A stretch of DNA of 49,426 nt from Chiloscyllium plagiosum (GCF_004010195.1 NC_057728.1:54978588-55028013); one strand, 5' to 3'. Counted from the first letter of the stretch, positions 1-13,155 are shown. The notes: generated from the sequence alone by a model not told the origin. Program-made: numbers and translations.

Positions 1-451
1 CCTGTTCAGAGATTTTATTACACTCTTCTGGAGGAGATGGTACTTGTAACTGCATTTCCTGGCCAGGAGATGCATACACTACCATGACACCACAACAGCC
101 CTAAAGATATAGCTTAATGTACAGTGAGGGAATGGGGTTCAGATATGAATAGTTTGATTTAAAATTCCTAGATAGAGTGGGAAACCTTTATTGCTTTATT
201 TGTTAATGGTAGAGGTTTAAAAGTAGTTTTGTTTTAAATAAACTAACAACAGAGACCACTATCTAGACTGTTATTCAAACCAGTCCCTTGACATCCTTTG
301 CTATTTTCATGTTGAGATTACTAAAATGTGTCCGTGGTTTAATTCTGCCCAGCAAAGTTTGTGACTTTACCTTGTTACAATTGCATAATAAACATTTAAG
401 ATCTACCCTGATACCTTCTTACAAAGATTCAAGTCTTTGTAAGAAGATTTT

Positions 452-785
452 GGGCGGCATGGTCAATGGTTAGCACTGGTATTTCACATCACCAGGGACC
501 CAAGCTTGATTTCACCCTTGGGCGACTGTCTGTGTGCAGTTTGCACATTTTCCCCATGTCTGTGAGTTTCCTCAAGGTGCTCCAGTTTCCTTCCACAGTC
601 CAAAGATGTGCAGGTTAGGTAGATCAGCCATGATAAACTGCCCATAGTATCCAGGGATGATCAGGCTAGGTGAATTAGCCATAGGAAATGCAAGGTTATA
701 GCGATAGGGTATTAGTGAGTCTGGTTGGGATGCTCAAGAGTTGGTGTGGTCTCAATGGCCTGCTTCCCCACTGTAGAGACTCTGG
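452..785 (+). mobile_element. tRNA-derived V-SINE (HE1-like)
   Basis: tRNA-like head ggcggcatgg...ggttagcac, and V-SINE core gtttgcacatt.tcccc...ggtgctccagtttcc...ccacagtccaaagatgtgc. Several homologous copies in the window. Confidence 0.85.
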
Positions 786-1159
786 AATGTGGCAGTAGAT
801 TAAAGATGACAGGAGGTGGCAGGAAAATATTATATTTGGCTTGCTTAATGAAACAGCTAGGTATAAGGTCTTGTAAGGCAAATTCCTTATCTTGCATGTA
901 CCAAAGAAAGACAGGTAGGTACCGTCTTGTTCAATGTCATTGTGACACAGGAAACTACTTGGCCCATCAAGTCCATCCTGGTTCTCCAGAACAATCCAGT
1001 CAGCCCCATTGCCTCACTCTATTCCCTATTTGGCAGGTTATTTGTCTTTGCTGCCAATTCCGTTCCTTTTCAAAATCATTGTTTGTTTTCACTACCTTCA
1101 ACAGTAGTAGTGGTAGAGATTAGGAGAGCATGATTGGATTTGATGTGGTTTATTTCATT

Positions 1160-1660
1160 CATTCATTCATAGATGTGAGCATTTCTGGCAATGCCAGCAT
1201 TTATTGCCCATTCAAAAGTTTTTTTTTGTGAGCTGTCTTCCTGAACCACTTCACTCCAGTGGGGGGAGTGCTTGGATTTTGAACCAGCAACAGTAAAGGA
1301 ATGATGCTACAGTTTCAAGTCCAGATGTGAGAGACTTGGAGGGTAACTTATGGGTGGTATTGTTTCTGTGTATCTACTTCCCTTCTTCTAGATGGTAGAG
1401 ATTGATGATTTGAAAGATGCTTTAGAAGTCCTGGCAAGTCATTACATTGTGTACAATGATAGTCTGTTGCAACCACCATATCTCTGTGGTTGAGGTGCCA
1501 GTCAAGTGAGGCGTTTTGTCCTGTGTGGTGTCAAATTTAGACAAATGGAGAGAATTCCATTATACTCCTGATTTGTGCTATGGATGTTGGGCAGACTTCG
1601 CAGGGGCGCAAGGTTTGTCACTCACCACATAATTCCCAGTCTCTGATCTTGTACTTACAT
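1160..1660 (-). mobile_element. Interspersed LINE-tail-like repeat (related copies near 20110-20420, 31850-32130, 38105-38470, 41760-42040)
   Basis: Shared motif ggatgtggg..tcgctggc..gccagcatttattgccc recurs across the window. Family and strand are inferred. Confidence 0.6.
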
Positions 1661-1859
1661 GACTAGTGTTGCAGATTTGGAGGGCTAATTAATCCAGAAC
1701 ATTTTTGTGCTTCTCCAAATATCTGGAACTGCCGTGATGGCTAAGCTGCATGGAAGAAGGAGTGAAAGAAGAAAAGGGTATGTAATCATTTTGGAATAGC
1801 TGGGCCCTTCTGCAGTTGAAGATGGGACTCTGATACGTTACTTTGCTTCCCTGTTGATG

Positions 1860-4800
1860 GGATCGATTATGTCATCTAGTGGTTGCAGAGTATCCTTAAA
1901 GCCAGGGTGAACAGCCAGTGGTCTTGGTCCAATAATCTATCTAGAGAGAAAATGAGATTCGAGAGCTAGAAAAGAGATGAAAATTCAGGGTTTCAAAGAC
2001 GGTAAAGTCAGATTACAGTCTGTGCCACATGCTAATGAGAAAAGAAATGGGATGATAGACCAAATGATTATCTATCTAGAGAGAAAGTGCAGAAGGTAAG
2101 AATTAAGAGAATGAGGCAGCTGGGGGCTAGTATAAAGAGGTCAGATTATTGAGGGCTAAGATAAAAATCTTTGGAAGTAGATTTTCTACTACTGATCTGG
2201 AGGAGGGGGTGCAGTTGAAAATCTCAAGTGGTGCTAAGATTGGAGAGAGCAAAGCTGATAGTGGTAGTAAGCAAAATTGAAAGATGGTGAAACAAAAGCC
2301 AGCATCAACTAGGGTTGAAATGCAGGAAATTGTTAAAATGGCAAACTTGAAGGACTCTATGAATGGAAGCAGTGTTCATAGTTAGGTAGATGAATGAACA
2401 GCACCAATACATTGGAATTAAACTGGTATGATCTAATTGTCATTACAGAGACATGGCTACTGAGTGACTAATACTGGGACTGAATATTCAAGATATTTGA
2501 TATTTAGGGAGGAAAGGAAAAGTAGGTGTGACTGCAGTGGTTTAGGAAGACAGCTCTCTCAAAATCTTTCAAAAAGACAATAAGGGCAACAAATGAATGG
2601 TAGTATTGCCAGAGATGCTCACATCCCAAGAATGAATTAGACAAAACTACATCAATTCCAATCACATTCTTCTTTCTACCACTGCTACTGTAGAATGTAG
2701 TGAAAGCAGAAAGCACTGTTCATCAAAGATAAGACCAGCACATTAGTATGAGAGGGTCTCTGATTGCAAAATAAAGACGTAGAATTAGTTTGATAGAACA
2801 AAGCAATACCAAGGGCAACACACATTAGTGAGAGCTGATTATAGGCCACTAAACAGTGGTCATTGGTATAAATCAGGAACTTAGAAGTATGTGTAACATG
2901 GTTGTTGCATTAATTGTGGGGGAACATCAATGTGCATAGATGGAGTTAACCTAATTAGCACCAGTGCTATGGAAAATTGATTCTTAGAATATATACAAGA
3001 TGGGTTTTTTTCTTCCCAGATTAGAAAATTGAACGACCAACTAGAGATTGGGTTATTTTATATTTAATTCTGTCCATTGAGAAAAAGCTAATTGCAAATG
3101 AGCCTTTTGGAAAGAGTGATCATGATATGCTAAAATTGTACATTTGAAAATTATGTAGTTTTCTCTGGAATCAAGGTAAGGAAATTACAGTCGTATGAGG
3201 GGAAAGTTGGCTGTGGTAGTTCGGGACTCATTTAAAAGATATGGTAGACAGGCAATAGTTTGCATTTAAACAATTAATGCATGTTTTACAACAATTTATA
3301 TTCCTTTACCGTGGCCAAGTGTTGGAAAGTGGGGTAGGTGTAGATAGGTCAGTGCAGACTTAATGGGCAGAAGGGCCTGTTCTGTGCTATATGACTCTGA
3401 CTGTATCATGCACAAACTTTCAGTTGGAAAATAATTCTACTATGGCTAACAAGAACTTAAAGATTATATTAGATCAAAAGAAATGCTTTTAAAGTTGTCC
3501 TAGAATTAATAAAGTGTCTTAGAATTAATATGCCTTAGAGTAGTATGCCTCAGAATTCAGCAAAGGAGGACCAAGGAACTGATAAGGGAAGGGAAAATAA
3601 ACCATGAATGTAAACTGGCAAAAACATATAAAATAAACTGTAAATAGGTATGTAAAAAGAGTGGAAAAACACTGACAAATGTGGGCCCAATATAAGTTGA
3701 GACAGAAGAATTTACAATGGTGAATAAGGAAATGGCAGCAAAACTAAACACATACTGTACTTTGTCTTTGAGGAAAAGACAAAAGAACCTCCCAATGGCA
3801 TGGAGGGAAAATTGGTTAATGGACCGAAAACAGCAAGATAAATCAGCCACTTTCAGGTTGGCAGACAGTGACTGTTTAGGTACTGAAACGTGCTTGGACC
3901 CCAGCTATTTTCAATCTATAATCAGTAATTTGGATGTGGGGGCCAAATGTAATCTTTCCAAGTTGCTGGTGACACAAAACTAGGTGGGAATGTAAACTGT
4001 ATGGATACAAAGGGGTTTAAAGGAGATTTAATCAAATTAAGTGATTAGACAAGTGCATGACAGATGGAATATAACATACAAAAGTATCAAATATTCCACT
4101 TTGATAGGAAAACTTGAAATGCAGAGGTTTTTTTTAAAAATAAGAGATGAAGAAGTGTAGATGTCCAAACGGACCTCCGTATCCTTGCACTTGAGTCACT
4201 GGAAGCTAACATGTAGCTGCAGCAAGCAATTAGAAGGCAGCTGTATGTTGGTCCTTATTATTAGAGGTTCTCTGAGTACAGAAATAATAATCTCTTGTTG
4301 CACTTGTCTAAATCCTTGGTAAAACTACACCTTGCACATCGAGGGGAGTGCAATTGAAGGTTCGCCAAATTGATCCCTGACTTGGTGGGTTTGTCCTGTG
4401 GAAGAGATTAGAGACTGGACCTGTTTTCTGGTGTTTGGAAGAATGAGAAATGATCTCATTGAAACATATAGAACTCTTGCAGGTTTAAACAGGATAGAAG
4501 CAAGAAGCATGTTTTCCGTCAATAAGGGGGAAGCTATTTTGGACTGAGGGCAGGCATTTCTTTACTCATAGAATCCTACAGTGCAGAAAGAGGCCATTTG
4601 TTCCATTGACTCTGCACAAACCCCCTGAAGAGCATCCACCCAGACCCAGCCCCAATGCTATTTCCGTGACCCCGCATTTACCATGGCTAATCTAGCTAGT
4701 ATGCACGTCCCTGGACACTATGGATAACTTAGCGTGGCCAATCCACTTAACCTGCATATCTGTTGATTGTGGGAGAAAACCGGAGCACCCAGAGGAAACC

Positions 4801-5010
4801 ATGCAGACAGTTACACAAGGCTGGAATCAAACTCTTCCCTGGCACTGTGAGGCAACGGTGCCAACCACTGAGCTACCATGCCATCTCTCAGGACAATGGA
4901 TCTTTGGATGTCTTTACCCCAAAACGTATGGAGGATCAGTCATTGAGAATGATCAAGTCAGAGACGGAGATTTCTATCTTAAAAAAATACAGAAGGAATA
5001 TGGGGTTAGT
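1860..5010 (+). mobile_element. Old degenerate CR1-type LINE with nested insertions
   Basis: APE remnant DLIVITETWL (~2430-2460); RT remnants resembling LGPQLF and DTKLGG (~3890-3990); many stops and frameshifts. Boundaries approximate. Confidence 0.75.
4570..4885 (-). mobile_element. V-SINE (HE1-like)
   Basis: Reverse complement of the SINE core (gtgggagaaaaccggagcacccagaggaaacc). Confidence 0.85.
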
Positions 5011-5362
5011 CTAGGAAATTGGTGTCAAGCAGCATTCTGTATAATTTTTCTTGCTACTGCAAGGTCCTCCAAGGTCTGTATGCAACAGTGGCTTCCAGAA
5101 GCTAAATCCATGCAATGACACGCTGATCAACATGTGTGGGACTTCCCAGCAGCTGCACGGCCACACAGCTTAGAGAGGACGTTGGTTTCGAGGTAAAGAA
5201 ACCATTATTTAGTTGAATGGCAAATATCTTATTCCTAATTTCGATGTTCCAATACTTCAACAATACACTGAGAATTGTTTAGATGCAGGATTTCCCTCTA
5301 AAATGAATCATAATGTGGAGGGGAAAATAAGTTTTATAGCATTTGTGTTGAAAGCAGTAGCT

Positions 5363-6185
5363 CAGTTTGTGAGAAGATTTGTAGCTCGGGTGCTCGTTGT
5401 TGTGGTTCTGTTCGCCGAGCTGGGACTGTGAAGCACTTCTGTGATCTTTCCTCCGGCATTTGTAGTAGTTTGAATCTGCCGCTTCCGGTTTTTAGTTCCA
5501 GCTGTCCGTTGCAGTGGTCGGTATATTGGGACCAGATCGGTGTGCTTATTGATTGAATCTGTGGATGAGTGCCATTCCTCTAGGAATTCCCTGGCTGTTC
5601 TCTGTTTGGCTTGTCCTATAATAGTAGTGTTGCCCAGTCGAATTCATGTTGCTTGTCATCTGTGTGTGTGGCTACTAGGGATAGCTGGTCGTGTCGTTTC
5701 GTGGCTATTTGGTGTTCATGGATGCGGATCGTTAGCTGTCTTCCTGTTTGTCCTATGTAGTGTTTTGTACAGTCCTTGCATGGGATTTTGTACACTACGT
5801 TGGTTTTGCCACATCCGTGAACACCAACTAGCCTCGAAACGACACGACCAGCTATCCTTAGTAGCCACACACACAGATGACAAGCAACATGAATTCGACT
5901 GGGACAACACTACTATTATAGGACAAGCCAAACAGAGAACAGCCAGGGAATTCCTAGAGGCATGGCACTCACCCACAGATTTAATCAATAAGCACATCGA
6001 TCTGGACCCAATATACCGACCACTGGAACTGACAACTGGAAGCGGCAGATTAAAACCACTACAAATGCCGGAGGAAAGATCACCGAAACACTTCACAGGA
6101 GACTCCCAAGCACTGAGGATGTCACCTAGACAGGGGACGAAAAGTCTGCAACACAAATTCCCAGCTCGGCAAACAGAACCACAAC
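5363..6185. mobile_element. Penelope-like element family A, head-to-head inverted copy with 12-bp TSD
   Basis: GIY-YIG endonuclease remnant VVYKIPCKDCTKHYIGQTGR on -, mirrored on +. AAAGCAGTAGCT duplicated at 5351-5362 and 6186-6197. Confidence 0.9.
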
Positions 6186-6778
6186 AAAGCAGTAGCTGTT
6201 AGTTATGCTTCTATTTTGATGGCTTGCTTTAAATCAAAACTGTTCTTCTATACTGGTGACTAGAAAAGAGTGTTTTGAGTTTGTGACTTATTCTACTATC
6301 TGAAAGTAGCATTTCTGAACTTGTTGAGTGTCATGTTGGAAAGTTAATTAAATATTTTGGGTCAAAATTCCATTGAGGGCCTTTGGACAAGACGGCATAT
6401 TTCCTTAAGCACTGTGATATGCTTCCTGTGCAAGTACATTTCAAAGTGGAAGCAAATGCTTGGCTTCTTTGCTGCTGGAAGTACTTACGGCAAAATTGGG
6501 CAAAATTTCCTTGTGGAATATCTTGCTAATCAAGGCTGACCCATGAGTTATTGGTTACTTCTCCAAGGCTGCATATCACGAGTGTAACTGCAGTATTTAT
6601 CTTGGTGTATGATAAAAAAAGAGATTGTATTCTTCTTGCCTACATTATCCTGAAGAAATTTTGCTGGAGTTGTGAAAGCCGATTACCAAGTTTTTTTGCT
6701 TGATGTATTTTTACTTTCTCTTGACCTACTGGTTGTAATTTCCATTCCAACTAAATTGAGTTCTGCTGTTTGTTTTAG

Positions 6779-6848
6779 ATTGGAATTAACCCGGGGCTGA
6801 TGGCAGCATACAAAGGACATCATTACCCAGGACCAGGAAATCATTTTT
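6779..6848 (+). CDS. TDG: TDG coding exon (equivalent to human exon 4): [23 protein letters not shown]
   Basis: ttttag acceptor, gtaagt donor, 70 bp. Contains the GINPG motif with the catalytic Asn of the MUG/TDG family. Confidence 0.97.
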
Positions 6849-7078
6849 GTAAGTTTTTGTATCCACAGAAATACAATTGGTTGTTCTTAAATCTTTTAAA
6901 TCTTTTGATGTTTATTTGAGTGAATTGCATGATGAGCAAAGCATACTGATTTGTGCTGGTAGATTTTTCAGAAGTGGACTATTTTAGTTTCTTATTTATT
7001 ATTCTCTAACTAGTTTTATTTTATTATGACTATCTCTTGCTGCACATTCAAACTCTGACCTGTGCCTTTTTTCTGTAG

Positions 7079-7214
7079 GGAAATGCTTGTTTTTGTCTGG
7101 TCTTATTGACAAGCCATTAAATCATTTGGATGATGCTTCTTTACCAGAAAAATATGGAATAGGTTTCACAAACATGGTGGAGAGAACTACTCCAGGAAGC
7201 AAGGACCTCAAAAG
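7079..7214 (+). CDS. TDG: TDG coding exon: [46 protein letters not shown]
   Basis: ctgtag acceptor, gtgatt donor, 136 bp. Frame-consistent with neighbouring exons; [19 protein letters not shown] is characteristic of TDG. Confidence 0.97.
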
Positions 7215-7295
7215 GTGATTGAGGAAAACAAATATAAAATTAATTTTTTTTTTATTTTGTAGGAAAACATAATGTAAAAATTCTTTGTATTTCAG

Positions 7296-7378
7296 TAAAG
7301 AGATTCGTGAAGGAGGAAAAATACTTTTGCAAAAGCTACAGAAGTTTAAGCCACGGATTGCAGTATTTAATGGGAAAT
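7296..7378 (+). CDS. TDG: TDG coding exon: [28 protein letters not shown]
   Basis: tttcag acceptor, gtaagt donor, 83 bp. [10 protein letters not shown] motif. Confidence 0.97.
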
Positions 7379-7848
7379 GTAAGTAAATGTGAAAATTTTA
7401 AAAAGGAACTCTTGACTATCTGACAATAACTTGATGTATCAAATTTTTTTCATGCTGCAAATGTAAGGTTTCTAGTACTGGGAAACCCAATACCAATATG
7501 AAACACTGATTATGTATAGTACTGAGTAAAGCTGCTTCTGACTCAGCATGAGGACAGTCAATCTGGGCTGAATTTAAGACCATGCCTCTGAAGTAAAAGG
7601 TCTCTGCACTCTCAGTTCCTCCCAAAATATGAGTTTATTCCTAAAACAGCATAATTTCAGAAATACCTATGTCCTTTCGTTTGGATAATTCTGACTATAC
7701 TAATTGGTATAATACAGAGGGATTGTGCATGGAAGGTTATTTAAATTTATATTGTCTGACAACAAAAGATGACATTGAAAAGAATTATGCTTTGGGGAAT
7801 TTAACTAAGTTGGTGAATTTGAAAATTTCATTTACTTACCATTTACAG

Positions 7849-7943
7849 GCATCTATGAAATATTTAGCAAGGAGGTTTTTGGAGTTAAAGTCAAGAAATT
7901 GGAGTTTGGGCAGCAACCACACAAGATCCCTGAAGGAGAAACC
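7849..7943 (+). CDS. TDG: TDG coding exon: [31 protein letters not shown]
   Basis: ttacag acceptor, gtaagc donor, 95 bp. Closely matches vertebrate TDG. Confidence 0.97.
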
Positions 7944-8089
7944 GTAAGCATCTTAACATGATTTAATTTCTTTTATACCTATAAAATTTTGAAGTAAATA
8001 ATGCTGTTTTCCTCTGTTGGAAAATTCTTCATCTCTTTCACAGAGCCTCCCAAATTCATTATTGTCTGATGACACTTAACAGAGAAACG

Positions 8090-10755
8090 TAGAACATTAC
8101 AGTGCAGTACAGGCCCTTCAGCCCTTGATGTTGAGCCGACCTGTGGAACCAATCTGAAGCCTATCTATCCTACACCATTCCGTTTTCATCCATATATTTA
8201 TCCAATGACCATTTAAATGCCCTTAAGGTTGGCAAGTCTGCTACAGTTGTAGGCAGGGCATTTCATGCGCCTACTACTCTCTGGGTAAAGAAATCATCTC
8301 TGACATCTGTCCTACATCTATCACCCCTCAATTCAAAGCTATGTCCCCTCCTGCTAGCCATCGCCATCCAAAGAAAAAGGCTCTCGCTGTCCGCCCTATC
8401 TAACCCTCTGATTATCTTATATATAGGTCAGGTGAATTGGCCATGCTAAATTGTCCATAGTGTTAGGTGCATTAGTCAGAGGGAAATGGGTCTGGGTGCA
8501 TTACTCTTCGGAGGGTCGGTGTGAACTGGTTTGGCCAAAGGGCCTGTTTCCGCACTGTAGGGAGTCTAAAAATCTCAATTAAGTTACCTTTCAATCATCT
8601 TCTCTCTAACGAAACAGCCTCAAGTCTCTTAGCCTTTCCTCGTAAGTCCTTCCCTTCATACAAGGCAACATCCAAGTAAATTGCCTCTGAACTCTCTCCA
8701 AAGCTTTCCCATCCTTCCTATAATGCAGTGACCAGAACTGTGCACAGTACTCAATGCGATCACACCAGAGTTTTGTACAGCTGCAACATGACGTTGTGGC
8801 TTCGAAATTCAATCCTTTTAATGACCCTATCAACCTGGGTGGCAACTTTCAAGGATCTATGTACACGGACACAGAGATCTCTCTGCTCATCTACACTGCC
8901 AAGAATCTTACCATTATCCCAGTACTCCTTATTCCTGTTGCTTCTTCCAAGGTGAATCACCTCACACTTTTTTCCACAATAAACTCCATTTGCCACCTCT
9001 CAGCCCAGCTCTGCAGCTTATCTATGTCCCTCTGTAACCTGCAAAATCCTTCGGCACTGTCCACAACCCCACGACCTTAGTGTCATTCGCAAATTTCCTA
9101 ACCCATCCTTCTATGCCCTCATCCACGTCATTTATAAAAATGACAAGCAGTAGTGGACCCAAAATAGATCCTTGTGGTACACCACTAGTAACTGAACTCC
9201 AGGATGAACACTTCCCATCAACCAGCTCCCTCAGTCTTTCAGCCAACCAATTTGTGATCCAAATTGGTAAATCACCCTCAATCCTATGCCTCTATATTTT
9301 GTACAATCTCCTCCTGTGTGGAACCCTATCAAACGCCTTACTGAAATCCATGTACACCACATCAACCGTTTAGCCTCATCCACCTGTTTGGTCACCTTCT
9401 CAAAAAACTCAGTAAGGTTTGTGAGGCATGACCTACCCTTCACAAAACTGTGTTGACTATCCCTAATCAAATTATTCCAAACCAGATGATTATGAATCTT
9501 ATATCTTATAACCTTTTTCCAACACTTTACCCACCGCCAAAGTGAGGCTCACTGGTCTATAATTACCAGGATTGTCTTCCCTTCTTGAACACTGGGATAA
9601 CATTTGCCAGCCTCCAGTCTTCTCGCACTATTCCTGTAGACAATGATGACATAAAGATCAATGCAAAAGGCTTCCCAGAGAATCCTAGGATAAATCCCAT
9701 CTGGCCAGGGGATCTATCTATTTTCGCACTTCCCAGAATTGCTAACACCACCTCCTTGTGAACCTTGATCCTGTCTAGACTAGTAGCCTGTATCTCCGTA
9801 TTCTCCTCAACAACATTGTTTTTTTTCCAATGTGAATACCGACGAAAAATATTAATCTAGCACTACTCCTATCTTCTCAGACTCCACACACAACTTCCAA
9901 CTATTGTCCTTGATCAGCCCTAATCTTGCTCTAGTCATTCTTTATTGTTGATATACCTATAGAAAGCCTGAGGGTTTTCCTTGATTCTATCTGCCAACAA
10001 CTTTTCATGTCCTCTCCTGGTTCCTTTTAGTTGGTCTTTCCTGGCTAGCTTGTAGCGCTCAAGCACCCTAAGTGAGTCTTCACATCTCATCCTAACATAA
10101 GCCACCTTCCTCCTCTTGACAAGAGATTTAGCTTTCTTAGTAAGCAACGGCTCCCTCACTCGACTACTTCCTGCAGTTTCCTTCCCCATCCTATGCATCC
10201 TACATTTTGCCTAATCGCATCATAATTGCCTTTTCCCCAGTTATAACTCTTGCCCTGCGGTAAATACCTATCCCTTTACATCGCTAAAGTAAACATAACT
10301 AATTTGTGGTCACTATCACCAAAGTGCTCACCTACCTCCAAATCTTGCACCTGGCAGGGTTCATTATCCAGTACCAAATCCAATTTGGCTTCGCCCCTTG
10401 TTGACCTGTCTACATACTGTGTCAGGAAACCCTCCTGCACACATTGGAGAAAAACTGGCCCATCTAAGCTACTCGAACTTTAGTATTTCCAGTCAATATT
10501 TGGAAAGTTGAAGGCCCCCAAAACAACTATCCTATTACATTCGCTCCTGTCTAGAATCATCTTTGCAATCCTTTCCTTTACATCTCGAACTACTCGAAGG
10601 CCTATAGAAAACTCCCAACAGGGTGACATCTCCTTTCCCCTGGTTCTAACCTCAGCCCATACTACCTCAGTTGACAAGTCCTCAAATGTCCTTTCTGCCA
10701 CTGTAATACTGTCCTTGACTAACAATGCCACATCTTTCCCTCTTTTCCCATCTTC
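8090..10755 (-). mobile_element. CR1 (HER1-like) LINE, frameshifted ORF2, with a SINE fragment inserted at ~8425-8567
   Basis: APE fragments (VVWAEVR, IVVLGAFNFPNIDW) and RT fragments (QHSFVKGRSCLTNL, GVPQGSILGPLL, KFANDTK). Confidence 0.92.
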
Positions 10756-11066
10756 TCTTTTCTTGTGTGTGTCTGTGTCTTGTCTGTCCATCTTGAATCT
10801 TTATATTGTAGTGAAAAAAATCTTCATCTTTTGTTTGGTATTTATAGATTAGGTGAATAGGTATTTTTAGAAGTTAGTATTTGTTATTTCAGTAGCATAT
10901 GCATTTCAATTCAGTGCATGATGTCACAACCCTTAGGGGAAGAGTGTGCTGGTAATCAAGCCTCACTATTCCATGAGCTGTCACAAATGTATAAATGACC
11001 AAATGAATTACTAAGGTGGTTGATTTGCCTGATACGACTGCTATCTTGGTTTCACTTGGGTCTCAC

Positions 11067-12544
11067 GCCTTATCTTCACCATATACATCCAGTCCCTGTA
11101 CACCTCCATCCCCCATCACGAAGGACTTAAAGCCCTCCGCTTCTTCCTTTCCCGCCGTACCAACCAGTACCCTTCTACTGACACCCTCCTTCGACTGACT
11201 GAACTGGTCCTCACCCTGAACAACTTCTCTTTCCAATCCTCCCACTTCCTCCAAACCAAAGGAGTAGCCATGGGCACCTGCATGGGCCCCAGCTATGCCT
11301 GCCTCTTCGTAGGATATGTGGAACAGTCCATCTTCCGCAGCTACACTGGCACCATTCCCCACCTTTTCCTCCGCTACATCGATGACTGTATCAGCGCTGC
11401 CTCGTGCTCCCANNNNNNNNNNNNNNNNNNNNNNNNNNNNNNNNNNNNNNNNNNNNNNNNNNNNNNNNNNNNNNNNNNNNNNNNNNNNNNNNNNNNNNNN
11501 NNNNNNNNNNNNNNNNNNNNNNNNNNNNNNNNNNNNNNNNNNNNNNNNNNNNNNNNNNNNNNNNNNNNNNNNNNNNNNNNNNNNNNNNNNNNNNNNNNNN
11601 NNNNNNNNNNNNNNNNNNNNNNNNNNNNNNNNNNNNNNNNNNNNNNNNNNNNNNNNNNNNNNNNNNNNNNNNNNNNNNNNNNNNNNNNNNNNNNNNNNNN
11701 NNNNNNNNNNNNNNNNNNNNNNNNNNNNNNNNNNNNNNNNNNNNNNNNNNNNNNNNNNNNNNNNNNNNNNNNNNNNNNNNNNNNNNNNNNNNNNNNNNNN
11801 NNNNNNNNNNNNNNNNNNNNNNNNNNNNNNNNNNNNNNNNNNNNNNNNNNNNNNNNNNNNNNNNNNNNNNNNNNNNNNNNNNNNNNNNNNNNNNNNNNNN
11901 NNNNNNNNNNNNNNNNNNNNNNNNNNNNNNNNNNNNNNNNNNNNNNNNNNNNNNNNNNNNNNNNNNNNNNNNNNNNNNNNNNNNNNNNNNNNNNNNNNNN
12001 NNNNNNNNNNNNNNNNNNNNNNNNNNNNNNNNNNNNNNNNNNNNNNNNNNNNNNNNNNNNNNNNNNNNNNNNNNNNNNNNNNNNNNNNNNNNNNNNNNNN
12101 NNNNNNNNNNNNNNNNNNNNNNNNNNNNNNNNNNNNNNNNNNNNNNNNNNNNNNNNNNNNNNNNNNNNNNNNNNNNNNNNNNNNNNNNNNNNNNNNNNNN
12201 NNNNNNNNNNNNNNNNNNNNNNNNNNNNNNNNNNNNNNNNNNNNNNNNNNNNNNNNNNNNNNNNNNNNNNNNNNTCTTCCTGACCTCTCCGCCCCCACCC
12301 CACTCCGGCCTATCACCCTCACCTTGACTTCCCTCCACCTATCGCCTTTCCAAAGCCCCTCCCCCAAGTCCCTCCTCCCTACCTTTTATCTTAGCCTGCT
12401 GGACACACTTTCCTCATTCCTGAAGGAGGGCTTATGCCCGAAACATCGATTCTCCTGTTCCTTGGATGCTGCCTGACCTGCTGCGCTTTTCCAGCAAAAC
12501 ATTTTCAGCTCTGATCTCCAGCATCTGCAGCCCTCACTTTCTCC
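11067..12544 (+). mobile_element. Penelope-like element family B (RT fragment plus 3' terminal repeat), spanning a gap
   Basis: RT motifs GVAMGTCMGPSYACLF and RYIDD; terminal segment shared with 30405-30540 and 49174-49310; TCTCAC flanks both ends. Confidence 0.88.
11413..12274. other. Assembly gap
   Basis: Run of N. Confidence 1.
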
Positions 12545-12794
12545 TCTCACAGTGAAATACAATTTCACTGGGTTTCATCAACAAACCACTTTTAACACTT
12601 GGGAAAACAAATTATTAACTACTACTGAGCATGCTTAAAGTACATTCTCTTTAAAATATTCATTCACAAATAGGAGCAACAAGACAAACAATTCTGCATA
12701 AACCACCATGGGTGGGAAACTTGGGGGAGAAAAAAGAAGCCAGTCCTGTGCTTCAAAAGTTCAGAGCACAGAAGTGAAATTAATTTTTCAGTTA

Positions 12795-13155
12795 TAGAAG
12801 TCATAGAGTCATACAAGCACAGAAGCAGACCCTTCTGTCCAACTTGTACATGCCAACCAGACATCCCACTCTGACCTAGTTCCATTTGCCAGCATCTGGC
12901 CCATACCCCTGTAAACCCTTTCTATTCGTACAACCATTCAGATGCCTTTTAAATGTTGCAATTGTACCCTCCTCCACCACTACCTACAGCAGCTCATTCC
13001 ATTGACACCACACCCTCTATGTGTTACCCTTCAGATCCTTTTTAAATCTTTCCTCCTGCACTTTAAACCTCTGCCCTCGAATTTTTACTCCCTCACCCTA
13101 GGAAAAAGACATTGGCTTTTTACCTTATCCATGCCCGTCATGATTTTATAAGTTT
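12795..13155 (-). mobile_element. CR1 3' end fragment (similar copies at 24808-25152 and 43650-44065)
   Basis: Tail catagagtcataca.gcacagaa..agaccctt...gtccaac followed by the CR1 C-terminal region. Confidence 0.85.

Noticed and set aside
452..520. tRNA-like sequences at SINE heads
   Set aside because: They are degenerate and continue into the V-SINE core; not tRNA genes.
6360..6700. Non-repeat intronic block before the TDG catalytic exon, possibly a snoRNA or conserved element
   Set aside because: No convincing C/D or H/ACA architecture, and conservation cannot be assessed here.
11063..12476. ORFs of 300-430 aa
   Set aside because: They are mostly N gap; only the short PLE RT fragment is real.
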